Assembly (NCBI GenBank): GCA_964016885.1
Contig: OZ024742.1
Span: 237,026,001-237,090,000, forward strand
DNA length: 64,000 nt
Source: Eledone cirrhosa
Lineage: Eukaryota
Direction of reading: 5' to 3'
In this document: positions 15,117 to 28,134 of the stretch, in pieces
Layout of the letters: each line of letters starts with the position of its first letter
How positions within the stretch are numbered: the stretch's first letter is position 1
Position numbers and translations under genes: made by a program
Notes under the pieces: generated by a model
What the model was told of the DNA's origin: nothing
The model's database searches: none
What the model saw: the letters and a program-made list of their open reading frames with translations, nothing else

Positions 15117-15615
15117 AAATTAAATTAAAAGTCGATTGACATATATATATATAATAAACATATCAAACATTGACAGGGGATAATTTGAAAAGAGTGTAAA
15201 CACACATAGATACGGAGGTAACATATTAAAGATTTAACAAGAACCTTGAATATAAATACCTTGCAATAATGATTAATCTCCTTTGCATATATTCCATTGA
15301 AGAAATATATTTAACCATAATATTAATTAAGGTGAATCACAGATGTTAAATCTTGGATCGTCAGCAAAGGAGAAGATTTAATTATCTGTGATTACAGGCT
15401 AAGAACAAATCAGTGAATTATATTTCACTAATGGAATATATACAAAGGAGATTAATCATTTTTGCAAGGTATCTATATTCAAGGCTCTCGTTACATTTTT
15501 AATATGTTACTTCCGTAACTATGTGCGCTTACACTCTTTACAAATTATCCCCTGTCAATGTTTGATATGTTTATTATATATATATATATATGTCAATTGA
15601 CTTTTAATTTAATTT
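15117..15615. repeat. nested inverted repeat (fold-back) inside a (TA)n-flanked insert
   Basis: Arms 15117-15308 / 15420-15615; inner hairpin 15335-15354 / 15373-15393. Confidence 0.9.
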
Positions 15616-15663
<48 letters not shown>

Positions 15664-15667
<4 letters not shown>

Positions 15668-16226
15668 AAAGAATAGAGGTGTAACACACAAGTTATTATA
15701 TATTGGTAAACGGAATAGAAAATGCTGACAAATTGTTCACAGTTGAAAAATGGTTTAATTAGGAATAAAAGAGTATTAGTGATTGTATGGGTTAGTATTC
15801 AGTTGTGGTTTTATGTTTTTAAAATTTTACCGGTTGCGCATTTCTAAATGCTTTTCAAAAATAATTTTGAGATAGAGTGTCCGTGCTGTTTGCTCTGATC
15901 TGATTAGTTTTGGGAATTCTACCTGTTTTTATGTTAAAAAAGTGGCTCCAGCGTTATTTTTGTGTTGCAAAAATGCTTGTGGTCAAAACAATTTTGATTG
16001 GTCGGTAGAGGTCATGTGAATGTAAAAAGTTGATTTTGCGCCAAGACTGTTTTTACTCTATCTCAAAATTATTTTTGAAAAGCATTTAGAAATGCGCAAC
16101 CGGTAAAAACTTAAAAACTTAAAACCACAACTGAATACTAACCCATACAATCACTAATACTCTTTTATTCCTAATTAAACCATTTTTCAACTGTGAACAA
16201 TTTGTCAGCATTTTCTATTCCGTTTA

Positions 16227-16236
<10 letters not shown>
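15664..16236. mobile_element. PLE-type pLTR remnant with inverted arms, in (TA)n
   Basis: Arms 15697-15878 / 16055-16236, each carrying a U3-A8 HHR-like motif; the spacer is homologous to 25610-25755. Confidence 0.75.
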
Positions 16237-16270
<34 letters not shown>

Positions 16271-16274
<4 letters not shown>

Positions 16275-16512
16275 TTTGATTAAAACAACAGGAGGCCGGA
16301 GGACTGGTGATGTTCCTTTAACGTTTTATTGTTGCAGAAACACTATATATACTTCAATGGCTTGGTTACGTAAGATCCTGGTGACATCATCAGGTTTGGG
16401 TTGCATAATTAGTTAATCAATAAAAGAATTACGGCATACACAAATAGAAAAAAAAATTGATTCGGGGACAGCCTACGATCTAGGTGTTATCGTTGCCGCA
16501 GACTATCCTCGA
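16271..16512 (-). mobile_element. PLE-type terminal remnant related to 24407-24520
   Basis: Shared ACAGGAGGC..GA, TTCAATG and GGTGA(C/T)ATCATCAGGT; degenerate HHR on the minus strand at ~16340-16396. Confidence 0.6.
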
Positions 16513-16798
16513 ATATATATATATAAAGTTTATATACATTTTTTCTTCAAACTTGCTTTTTAGACTTAGCTCCGGTCAATTGATTATTTCACTAGTTAAT
16601 TTCTACCGGCTAAGAAGAAAGACTAGGTAAATTTTATCTAGCTGTTCCTCACCAGGGATAGTCTGTGTCATTTATCTGTTATTTCTTCGAAGTTACATTT
16701 TAAACTTAGCTCCGTTTAAATGATTATTTATCTGGTTGATTTCTACGAACAAAGGAGAAGAAAAATTGGATATATTTTATCTGTCTGTTCTTCAAACT

Positions 16799-16840
<42 letters not shown>

Positions 16841-17181
16841 TATATATAGTTATGTGTGTGTGGGGGGAGGGGGTAGATAGGTAGATATGGGAAAATCTGT
16901 TTTCGTTGACAATAAACAGAGGGTCACGAGAAAAGTATATTCGTTCAGACAATATAGCAGTCTAACCTGAGAACACTCCAGCCAGTGAAACCCATGCAAT
17001 CATGGAAAATAGATATGTTATGTGAAGTGTGATGTTTGCCACCAAACATTTAAAAAATGCTTTTTTTTTAAACCTAAATTAATCCTTCAAGTAAATTAAT
17101 TTAATATTTAATATTTAATTCAGTGTTTGGGACTATAAAATGTAGGATTCCAGAGGGCATAATTGACGTTAATGAACTAAC

Positions 17182-17794
17182 ATTATTTCAAAACGGCAAG
17201 GGCGGTGGATTGGCAGTATCGGTAGAGGGTCGGACGCCATGCTAGCATAGTTACGTCCCTTTACGATCTGAGTTCAAATCCCGCAGAGGTTGACTTTGCC
17301 TTTCCACCTTACGGGGTCGATAAAATAAAGTACCAGTAATGGACTGGGTAATTGCTGGCCTTGTGCCTAAAGTAGAAACAATTATTTCAAAACGGCATTG
17401 AATTGGCAGTATCGGTAGAGGGTCTGACATGCTTTCCAGCATAGTTACGTCCCTTTACGATCTGGGTTCAAATCCAGCCGAGGTTAACTTTGCCTTTCAT
17501 CCTTATGGGGTCGATAAAATAAAGTACCAGTAATGTACTGGGTAATTGCTGGCCTTGTGCCAAAAGTAGAAACAATTATTTCAAAACGGCATGGTGGTGG
17601 GTTGGCAGTATCGGTAGAGGGTCGGACGTCATGCTTTGACGCATAGAGTTACGGCCCTTTCCATTGTGAGTTCAAATCCCGCCGAGGTCAACTTTGCCTT
17701 TCATCCTTATGGGGGTCGATAAAATAAAGTACCAGTAATGTACTGAGTAATTGCTGGCCTTGTGCCAAAAGTAGAAACAATTATTTCAAAACGG
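17182..17794 (+). mobile_element. three head-to-tail tRNA-derived SINEs (~195-200 bp each)
   Basis: A-box TGGCAGTATCGG and B-box GTTCAAATCC in each unit; ATTATTTCAAAACGG at 17182, 17381, 17575 and 17780. Confidence 0.92.
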
Positions 17795-18279
17795 GATGTA
17801 TCGTTATTGAGAAGTTAAAGAAACATTTATTTCAAAGTGATAGAAATATCTTAAAGAAACGTTATTTTGATTGTGAATTGTAGCGTTATTTACTGTCACA
17901 TTGAAAACATTTTTTTCCTCCTTTCCCCCTTTTTCTTTCATTTGGTATTTTTGTATATATGTTTCTGATTCTCTAAAAATAAAATTTTTTATTGGGGTCT
18001 TCTTTTCTTTTGTTTCATTTACTATAAATATTTCTTTTACTATAAATGCCACTTATCAAATTCTAACCAATTTGGGTCTATACATTTTTTCTCTTGGTTC
18101 TCTCCCTTTATGGAACCCATCCATCTATCTATTCGCCCTCTCTCTATCCCTCCATACACCTATTCATTTATTTATCCCCCATCACTATATTCCTACTTGT
18201 CCCCTTTTCTATCCCTCTATACATCTACCAACTACCTCCATACTCTCCCTAATTACAATTTCCTGATTCCACCTCCCTA

Positions 18280-21200
18280 CAACCTTCCTCCTCGTGGGAT
18301 GTCAACCAGTGCTACTCGTGTGCCACGCGCGACAGGGGACAAGAAAGGAAGGAACTATAACATCTGAAACAGTTTCTTCCACGTTTCTTGTGTCAAAGTT
18401 ACTCGGCGTGGGTTGGAATCCCTGCATTGGTGGCACTGCCCACGATGCCTATCCTCTCGACGCAACATGTGGACACAGGTGCCCAACTCAACGAGAATCC
18501 GAATCTGTTCGGTCCGGACGACGCCTTAATGGCGATCTCCTGTCCGAACAGTCTCGAGGAACCATTACCAGTATCACAAAAACTGCCCGCACATACGCGG
18601 CCGAAGCGCTAGCGTCGTCTATCGATCGAGCGCTTGACTCAGGCGGTCAGCAAGACTAGACCAAACTGTTTAGTTTTGCGACCCTCGCCATCGGGATCCC
18701 GATGGCAGGGAACCCGACGGCCATTGAGGGATCGGGCCCGCCTCGGACTTCGAAGCTCAAGGGCAATATCGCTTCCTTAAGCGACCCTTAGTCTGCGAGC
18801 CCCTCGACCCTTTTGTGCGGGCCACCAACGCAGACTCAGCACATGCAGCCCACCTCTGACTATACGAAACGTTTCTGTGACTGTGTAAACCTCACACTAA
18901 CTGAGGGCGACGTTTCGGCTGCGGTTCGTGTGCTGGTTCCAAGCGACACAGAACTCCGACCATCACCAGATTCCTAGAAGCGTTCCGTCATAAACAGCCA
19001 GATCCTCCAGCCAACATCAGGGACATCCAAGCCCCGGCAAGTAACCTTTCCTTGGCTGCATCTAGTGAGGACGTATAAGCTGCCCTGAAATCCTTCCCAG
19101 GGAGCAGCAGTCGTGAAGTGGACGGCATGCGACCCGGCCACCTCAGGGAGCTTATCTCACCAAAGGCTGCTGAGGTAGGAGCACAACTATTCCAAGTCTA
19201 TCCCATCGCAGTGGGCAACATCTTCCGACGACTTGCAGCCGAGATAACCTGCAAGTCAGTCAAAGATGTCCTGAGCGAGGCAGTAAGCCCTGTTCAGCTA
19301 GGAGTGGGAGTAATGTGAGGCGAAACTCATGCGGCCAGATACTTTATAAAGCACACGCCTTCTTCCTTACTCCATCTCTTAGTGAAGCTGGACATGAGAA
19401 ACATTTTCAACAGCGTTAGGCGGGATCACATCTTAAAGACGTGTCATAGAGGAGCCCCTGCTATATTCTCTCTTGCTCAACTCTCGTACGAAACACCAGT
19501 ATGATCATGGCTTCTGACAACAAGGTCACTTCCGCTACGGGTGTCCAGCAAGGAAAAACACTCGGTAGTTCGGCTGAGTAGGTAGTTGAGGACCTTCGGC
19601 TTATCATCCCAGCTCTAAAGCTCCTCGTACTATCAGTCAACTCATCCATGTCCGAGGTGATACATGTTAGCTACTGTGATGCCGAATTCCACGACGCCAT
19701 ACTCAGCATCCATCCTGTCATGTCTGGGGCTCGACTAACGCCCAAAGACGCTGTCTTCATTCTCAGCTCTCCAATTCACCCGAAAGCCATTCGGGAGTGC
19801 CTGGAGATCAAACGTGCAGACCTATTAGGGATAACGGGGAGGTTACGCGACTTTCACGCACACTCGACGCTCTTACTCTTGTGAAATTGCTTCGCCCTTC
19901 CGAAATTTGTGTTCATGCTGCATGGGTTGCCTTGTCACCCCCTCGCAGATCCCCTCAATCAACTTGATGCCGCCATCCAGCGTTGTGCGGAACTCATCTG
20001 CAATGTCAGTTTCGACAGCACTAGCTGGCAATAGGTGAAACTCCCTGTGCGGTTCGGTGGCATCGGCTTCCGATCCGCTGCGGATATGGCACTGCCGGCC
20101 TACCTCTCCACAATCCCCTCCAGCTGCACCATCGTCAGCAAGTTTCTCAGCCAGACGGCCCGAAAATGACGTAGCCCCAAACGTTGAGCAGGCTCTGGCC
20201 GACTGGACCAGCGAAGGCCTCTCTGTCCCTAAGTTTACAAAATGTCCAACGTAACTGCGACGAATTCAATTGCAGGTATACCTTTGAGTTTGACTTGGAC
20301 CAACACCGCCTTGCCTGCCTCCTTTCCGCTTCGCAGCCAAACAGCGGTGCATGGCTAAATTCTGTGCCCTCCTCATCAAACGGTACCCTTCTTGATGACG
20401 AGTGCACTCGTATCGGAGTAATTTCACCCCTTAGCCTCCGCGTGTGTGAGCCACATCAATGCCGTTGTGCAGCAGTCATCGATGAGTTTGGCTTGCGCCC
20501 ATTATCATGCTTGTTAGAGCGCTGGCGGTTCCCCCCGACATGCGACTCTCAACGACATAATGAGAAAGAGCCTCAACACAGTCGTCTTACCGTCACAACT
20601 GGAGCCAGTAGGACTCGACCGTGGTGACGGCAAGCACCCCGACGGAATTACCTTCATCCCTTTCGAAGAAGCTAAAGCACTCATCTGAGATGCAACATGC
20701 TGTGACACATTATACGCTTCCAACTTAGTTGCCTCGGACAAAAACTCCGGTACCGCGGCTCGAAATACAGAGGACAGGGAAACAAATATCGGAGCCCGTC
20801 CGGCCGTTTCCTTTTTGCACCGGTCGCCGTTGAGACCTAAGGTGTCTCCGGACCTCGGACAGCTGACCTTCTGCGTAAAATAGGATCAATAGCAACCCGT
20901 CTGAGGAATGAGCCCCACGAGGTGGGATGGCTGTTGCAACATGCTTCGTTGGTCATTGCCCGCAGTTATGCCTTTGCCATTTTGTCTGCGGGGTGCAGTC
21001 GAAACACCGCTCTGACCTAGGTATAAAGTCTGTCACCCTGCTCCCCCCGTCTCCCCACCCCTCCTTTTTTCCCTTTGTCTAGTACTCCTTGTTCTTACTC
21101 CACTCTTACTCTCATTAAATAGCATAGATAGTCTTTTCAAATGCTGCTTTCTTTTTCTGTAAGTTTAACCAAATAAAAATAAAATATGTTAAAAAAATAA
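18280..21200 (+). mobile_element. degenerate CRE-like non-LTR retrotransposon (RT + RLE pseudogene)
   Basis: Broken frames give DGMRPGHLREL, PIAVGNIFRRLAA, PVQLGVG, VKLDMRNIFNSVRRD, GVQQG, SGAWLNSVP...LLDD, CEPHQCRC, RH..LND, LEPVGLDRGDGKHPDGIT...*DATC; A-rich tail 21171-21200; many stops and frameshifts. Confidence 0.88.
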
Positions 21201-21740
21201 ATTGTTGAGGAAATATCCAACACAGTGGAGAGGGTTGTATGGTGTTATGACTTCACACAATTTAACATGAGTGGGTGTTGACTGTGAAGAGTAAAATGCA
21301 GACATTTCTTAGTATGGTCAGAGCTATATAGAAATTCTATTATGTCAAAGGAAAGCGCTGCCAACTGGGAGAAGTCAGTGCACTTCGTACACTTTTAAAT
21401 ATAAAGGTGCAGGCTCTTACCTAAAGCATAACAATAAAAGTGGCGATAACAAACATAATATCCATTGTTTGAGAGACGATGTTAAGAAACAAGACACCTA
21501 ATGATCTTATGAATGACTTTTTATTTTAGTAGAGAGATTATTAAGTGCTATCGTTGTTGAAAGATATTTACTCATGTTAGTTAGTTTGCAGAGTATTGTT
21601 TAGATTGCATGTAAGGAAAGATAGATTTCAAGATTTCAAGCCAATCAAATTATATATATATATACATACATAGATACACGCAGACGCACGCACACACGCA
21701 CAGAGACACACATATATGTATATATATGTATATATATGTG

Positions 21741-21807
<67 letters not shown>

Positions 21808-21953
21808 ATATATATATGTGTATATGTTATGTATATATATATGTATATATATATATATGTGTGTTTATATGTATGTGTATATATATATATGTATATATGT
21901 ATATATACATCATCTATATCTATCTATCTCTTTCTCTCACTCTTTCTATATAT

Positions 21954-22085
<132 letters not shown>

Positions 22086-22524
22086 GTTTTATTTACTGAT
22101 TATATACATAGTGTTGGATTACAACTATTACCAACCTCCACTATATATATATATATATATATACACACGTATATATATATGGGCGGGGAACGGGAGCGTA
22201 ATACTTATAGTCCAACAAATAGAGCAGATTTGTCCGGATGGTGTTTAATTATAAGCAAATTACACAATGAAGGCTTGAATAAGCTGCTGCTGCAAGGAAG
22301 TTTGTTGAGAAGGGGAAATCAATAGGTGTTCATTAAGAAAAAAACAAAAATCTTTTAAAACAAAACGCAACGCAACGAAACAAAGCATGCCTGAGGATTT
22401 GAACTGAATGATCAAATGTTAGTTACCATAGACACTAATTGGACGTTAAGGAAAGAAACAATAACAGCAGCGAAGAATAAAATGACTAAGCAACTTGAAT
22501 TATATGTGTGTGTGTTGTGTTGTG

Positions 22525-22642
<118 letters not shown>

Positions 22643-22695
22643 ATGAACGTGCATGTATGTATACACACATACATATGTATACTCGTATATATAGA

Positions 22696-22768
<73 letters not shown>

Positions 22769-22774
22769 ATATAT

Positions 22775-22975
22775 ATATAAAGTAGTAGTTCCTGTCTGTT
22801 TGTTTGTTCACGAACTCCTATGGTTTGGGAGATATATTCTGAAACTACATTGCCCAGGGTACTTGGATAAGTATATTTCATTTTAATCAAAGGCATTCCG
22901 GGGGCACAAACCCCCGCTGAAAAATGTTTTCCCTTCGATTTATATGAAATTTAGACCATAGGTAAATGACAAGTT
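22775..22975 (+). mobile_element. truncated non-autonomous Helitron, homologous to 52415-52645
   Basis: GTTCCTGTCTGTTTGTTTGTTCACGAAC...GAAACTACATTGCCCAGGGTACTTGGATAA...GTAAATGACAAG shared with the 52.4-kb copy. Confidence 0.75.
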
Positions 22976-22979
22976 AGAT

Positions 22980-23559
22980 ATATCTATACTATAAAGTGGA
23001 CGGCCGTATGTAAGTAACAAATTTTCCGCCAGGCGGCTGGACCAAACAGCACCAAATTTGCACCATAGATGTAACTTTTTACAAGTAAGAAAGTGAGGGT
23101 ATTTTTGTCTACTGAATTTTGTTAGATTAAAGACATTATTTAAATATTAACTTCTTTAAAATTTCAAATATCAACACTTCCGGTTATACGTCATTCCTCA
23201 CTTTTTCTTAGTGTTTTTAGATAGATACATAGCTATATGTCTCTGTATGTCTCTGTATCTCTCTGTATCTAATGCAGACAGCCAGACATACAGAGACATA
23301 TAGCTATGTATCTATCTAAAAAGACACTAAGAAAAAGTGAGGAATGACGTATAACCGGAAGTGTTGTCATTTGAAATTTTAAAGAAGTGAATATTTAAAT
23401 AATGTCTAATCTTTTAACAAAATTCAGTAGACAAAAATACCCTGACTTTTTTACTTGGAAAAAGTTACATCGATGGTGCAAATTTGGTGCCGTTTGGTCC
23501 AGCCGCTTGGCGGAAAGTTTGTTACTTACATACGGCCGTCCACTTTATAGTATAGATAT
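22980..23559. repeat. ~580-bp palindrome whose outer ends resemble Helitron 5' termini
   Basis: Arms 22980-23252 / 23284-23559 with a 31-bp spacer; both outer ends read TCTATACTATAAAGTGGACGGCCGTATGTAAGTAAC. Confidence 0.9.
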
Positions 23560-24285
23560 CTATATATATACAAATAGCGGATTCCAATAACTTGCTTTAT
23601 TGTCACAAAATTTATGCAACAATAAATCAAGTTATTGAAATCTGACCTTTCTGATATTTTCTTTGGCGTATATAACTCCATTTCTGTACCAACCATGAAA
23701 TATCACATCTATGTTAAAGGATACACAGAATGTCGAGTGCTTTTACTTAATGCATCCCGTTATATTGATCGGACTATTGGTAGAACCCAGCTAGCTTTTA
23801 GTTAAACTATATAACGTAAAGAAAATGTATTATTTATATGTGTGTGTGTGTGTATGTGTGTGTGCGTGTGTTTTTGTGTGTGCGTGTGTGTGTGTACGCG
23901 TGTGTGCGTGTGCGTGTGTGCGTGTGTGTGTGTGTGAGTCTGTGTATGTGCGCGAGTGTGTGAGTGTGTATGTGCGTGAGTTTATACATGATTAATGGTT
24001 TCTAAAAATTTATTCTGTATCAATAATCGCTAATCTGAAGACACATTTAATGAAACCAAAGTGTTTACCAATTCTAGTCTTCTGTCCCCGAGACATTGAC
24101 CATAACACTCAATACATCCTTGGCAACATTCTTCAGCAAAATACAAAAGATCTGGGGAATTAAATTGGTAACACTCACACACACATACATATGGATAGAT
24201 GGATATATATATATATATATATGTGTGTGTATGTATGTCTGTGTATACGTATGTGTATATATAGAGATATATGTATACGTATATT

Positions 24286-24386
<101 letters not shown>

Positions 24387-24406
24387 TGTGTGTATATATA
24401 TATATA

Positions 24407-25103
24407 TATAATGAAATGACAGGAGGCTGGATTTGTGTAAATCCTTGAAAGGTTTATTATACTATGATCATTTCAATGACCGGGTTCCGTATGAATCCGG
24501 TGATATCATCAGGTATTCGAAATATAATACGTGAATGTAATAGGTAAAATCCATGGGGCTGAAAATCGAGACCCGAGGGCGACCGCTATTCTGTTCCTTC
24601 AACCTCAGCCGGTCGCCCTGGAATGACGTGGCTAAATTTTATAGTATGCTACTACCGGTCAGATGAACGAAAACAGAAAGAGATGGGAGCATAGGTTAAC
24701 GTCGATCCCATGACACAAGGTAAAAGAAAGAAAGAAAGGAAGGAGAAGAAGGGGGAAGAAAGAAGAAGAGAAGTCAGGGAAGAGAGAAGTAGAAAAGTAA
24801 GGGTTGATGGCTACAAGAAGGAAGATAGAAAGGAAGAGGAAGAAAGGTCGATATTAATGTCAGACCACAGTCAGCCAGGAGTGACGCGAGAAATGATCAT
24901 AGTATAATAAACCTTTCAAGGATTTACACAAATCCAGCCTCCTGTCATTTCATTATAATATTTAACTCCGTAATAGCACCACCAACTACAAAAACAAAGA
25001 CGGTTGAACTGCTTTACGTTGAGTACTCTCTATATTATTGCATTACGATTGACCATACGGAATAGACCAGCTCTATACAGTGGTGAACCTCAAACCTGAA
25101 TAA
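24407..25103. mobile_element. PLE-type pLTR remnant with inverted terminal segment, in (TA)n
   Basis: 24407-24474 is inverted at 24889-24957; HHR on the minus strand at 24459-24516. Confidence 0.75.
24459..24516 (-). ncRNA. type I hammerhead ribozyme, canonical core
   Basis: rc: ATAC-CTGATGA-TATCACCGG-ATTCATACGGAAC-CCGGTCATT-GAAA-TGATC-ATA-GTAT; palindromic stem III ATGATCAT, AUA triplet. Confidence 0.8.
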
Positions 25104-25197
25104 ATATATATATATATATATATTTCTATGAGCTGATTTTGGGAGACAGGACACATGTTCGAGGTTATCTTAATCATGACATCCCGGACTGCGAATG

Positions 25198-25259
<62 letters not shown>

Positions 25260-25269
25260 TTATACATAC

Positions 25270-25381
<112 letters not shown>

Positions 25382-25567
25382 AACAGTATATATATATATA
25401 TACATACATATATATATATATATATATATTAGAAAGTGAGAGTTTTTTTACAAATTGAAAAATAACCGAGGTGTCCTACACGAGTGAAAGTATAAAGAAA
25501 AAGAGATGAAATCGAAAATGCAACTGGAGTCTTATTTTTTTTTTAAATATATATATTTATTTGGTTC

Positions 25568-25603
25568 CTTTACCGGTTTCGCAGTTCTTCTGCTTTTCAA
25601 AAG
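25568..25603 (-). ncRNA. hammerhead ribozyme with U3-A8 core
   Basis: rc: CTT-TTGAAAA-GCAG-AAGAA-CTGC-GAAA-C-CG-GTA-AAG; palindromic stem III ACCGGT, GUA triplet. Confidence 0.7.
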
Positions 25604-25665
25604 TAGAGTTGAGATGGAGGGTCTGTGGTTTTTCTCACATCTGGTTGGTCTCTGAATGTTACTTG

Positions 25666-25751
25666 TTTTATATGGAAAAAGTGGCTCGAAATGCCAGGTT
25701 TTTCGAGAAGTAATTTGATTGGTTGGTCAATAATTATAATAAATTTCGCGC
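25666..25751 (-). promoter_or_regulatory. putative Pol II promoter (E2F-like site, CCAAT, TATA) upstream of the HHR
   Basis: TTTCGCGC at 25744-51, ATTGG at 25718-22, rc ATATAAAA at 25666-73. The same order occurs in the diverged copy (16034, 15997, 15926). Confidence 0.4.
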
Positions 25752-26226
25752 CAGTTCGCGTTACAATAGTTCTTCAAATAAGAGGGGGGTTTGTCACGGG
25801 TTGTTTTTTCATATATGAGTGTTTGAATTTCTTTTTTCTTGAAAAAAGGGGCTCACGAAGGCTTATTTTTTTGGATTGGTTATAAATGAAACAAGTTTTC
25901 ATTAAATTTTCGTGCCCTTATTTGGAAATCCATTCTGTAGCCTTTTTAGAGAATTTTATGATAAGTAAAAGATAATGGTCAAGAGAAATGGGATGGAAGA
26001 ATTGTTCTGGTTCAGTGAATATGGTTAGTTCGCTGGGGTGTCAGAATTCAGATTTTCTATTGAATAAAGAAAGTAAATATATGTATGTTTATTTGTGTGC
26101 TTGTGTGTGTGTGTGCGTGTGTGTGTGCGTATGTGTGTGTGTGTTGTGTGTGTGTGTTTGAATTTCTTTTTACTTAAAAAAAGGTGGCTGACGAAGGCTT
26201 TTTTTTAATAAACGTGATTTGATTGG

Positions 26227-26292
<66 letters not shown>

Positions 26293-26355
26293 AACAGTAA
26301 TGGTTGCATCCTTTAAGGGTATGTCAATATTTATTTATAAAACTGCTCTATATTA

Positions 26356-26415
26356 TATTTTATCTGATGAAAGCACACCACAACTTGGTGTCCTTGAAAT
26401 ATGTATAATGAAATA
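26356..26415 (+). ncRNA. canonical-core type I hammerhead ribozyme (same family as 6261-6327)
   Basis: TATTTTAT-CTGATGA-AAGCACACCA-CAACT-TGGTGTCCTT-GAAA-TATGT-ATA-ATGAAATA. Confidence 0.85.
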
Positions 26416-26454
26416 AATATGGTTATATAAATATAGTTTCCATTTGTCAATATC

Positions 26455-26529
<75 letters not shown>

Positions 26530-26537
26530 TACATATA

Positions 26538-27870
26538 TAACGAAGGAAATGTGGTAAGGAACCAGATAGACCACAACGCACCAAATTACTCAATACTTAG
26601 GGTAGTAGAGTGGGTAATAGGAACGAGTAGGACCCCGACGGCTGAGCTCAAGCCGTTTCGACGGCTAATTCTGGACTAAATGAAAATTGTTATCCTGGTA
26701 CATGAATAGCCGAGCTTCTCAGGGGGTAATTCCATATATGGTAAAAGTGATTGTCACAAGGATTGGTCAAAAGTTTGTTGTTGAGACACATAATTCTATC
26801 ATGGCAATTTGTGGAAGGAAGGGGTAGCTGAACCTGCCAGTAGAAGAAAGAGGGAGAGGGAGGGGAAGAAACCCAGCCGTGCGTTGATAGTGCCAACTAC
26901 AGCAGGATCCTAAGGGCAGGAGGTGAAGAAAGTATACTAGGGTGGGGGAGGAGGAGGAAGTAGAAACAGTAAGTAAATCAATATGGAGTAAATATATAGA
27001 AGAATAATAAGAATGTTAAAAATATAAAAAACAATTTCTGGTTACTATTCCCTAACCACCATCATCAAGTCTCTCACTGGTACTGCTAAACTATAGAGAA
27101 GTTTACTAGGTGTGTTGGAATTGTAGTGAGAGAATTTTATGAGTTAGTAGTAATCAACCGAATCTATCTTACAGTGACGGGTCAACAAGTAGGGGGCCAA
27201 AATACTAAAGAAACTGCTACGAAATAATAATTCAGAGTCCCGAAACTAATACGAGATAATTCAGAATCCCGAAAAAGAATACTAATACTATAAGGGTGCC
27301 GCTACGATACAAAAATTCTAATACAAACTATATAGATGCTCGTACGATATATATGAAAAATTTGATACGGACAAATAATTCAGAATCTACCCCCCCCCCC
27401 CCCACACACACACACCCGAAAAAAAAATAAATACTGATATACGAGAATCTAAAGCAGAGAAACCACTAAGAAAAGTAGAAAGCTCGGAAATAGGGCAGCC
27501 ATTGGGTAAGAAAGCAAGTATCTGGGGTCTATCACATCTGCTATAAAAAGCGGTGTCGGCCAATTCTATCATAGGGGTGGGGGTACTGAGGCTACAAAGG
27601 ACCGAAGGGCTGCCTCGGGGTGGGCGGGAAAGTGAAAAGGACGACGACAAAGAGGGGGAACTGGGGTGGAAGGACTAAGAAGGGATGGAGGGAAGAAGGA
27701 AATATAGAGGAAACGATAAAAAGATATGAGAGAAAATCTTACGCCTACCTTTGCAAGCAGGGGTTACCCATTACAAAGTCGGCAAGTGGGGTGTTACAGC
27801 CCTTGTCTACCCCCCCCCCCCCCCGGGTCATTATGATGTTTGAGGGCGAGGTAAGTCCTACGCAATCTGT
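26538..27870 (-). mobile_element. (TA)n-inserted element, probable PLE 3' region; short fold-back copy at 32118-32301
   Basis: The first ~135 bp are nearly identical to 32118-32253; degenerate long-stem HHR at ~26650-26725; no ORF recognised. Confidence 0.55.
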
Positions 27871-27896
27871 ATTTATATATATATATAAATATGTAT

Positions 27897-27933
<37 letters not shown>

Positions 27934-27935
27934 CA

Positions 27936-28005
27936 TATAGGTTTAGGAATAACCAAAGAGTGCTTAGAAATTTCTAAGCACTCTTTGGTTATTCCTAAAC
28001 CTATA
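27936..28005. repeat. perfect 70-bp palindrome without spacer
   Basis: TATAGGTTTAGGAATAACCAAAGAGTGCTTAGAAA|TTTCTAAGCACTCTTTGGTTATTCCTAAACCTATA. Confidence 0.97.
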
Positions 28006-28134
28006 ACGGCTCTGTAGTATACCAGTTATCCTACATTGAGCTAAAACCACACTGTCATGCCAAGGGCAATATATCTGCGTGTCTGGGAACATTGATATAT
28101 TTGTCAACGAAACTATATAAACATATATATATAT

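Larger units (their letters stand above)
25430..26230 (-). mobile_element. PLE-type pLTR remnant between (TA)n tracts
   Basis: HHR variant at 25568-25603; homology to 15820-16045; internal duplication ~25820-25885 / ~26155-26230. Confidence 0.65.

Noticed and set aside
17182-17794. CRISPR-like or tRNA-gene array
   Set aside because: The 'spacers' are homologous SINE bodies; A/B box spacing and the lack of a cloverleaf exclude tRNA genes; eukaryotic context with no cas genes.
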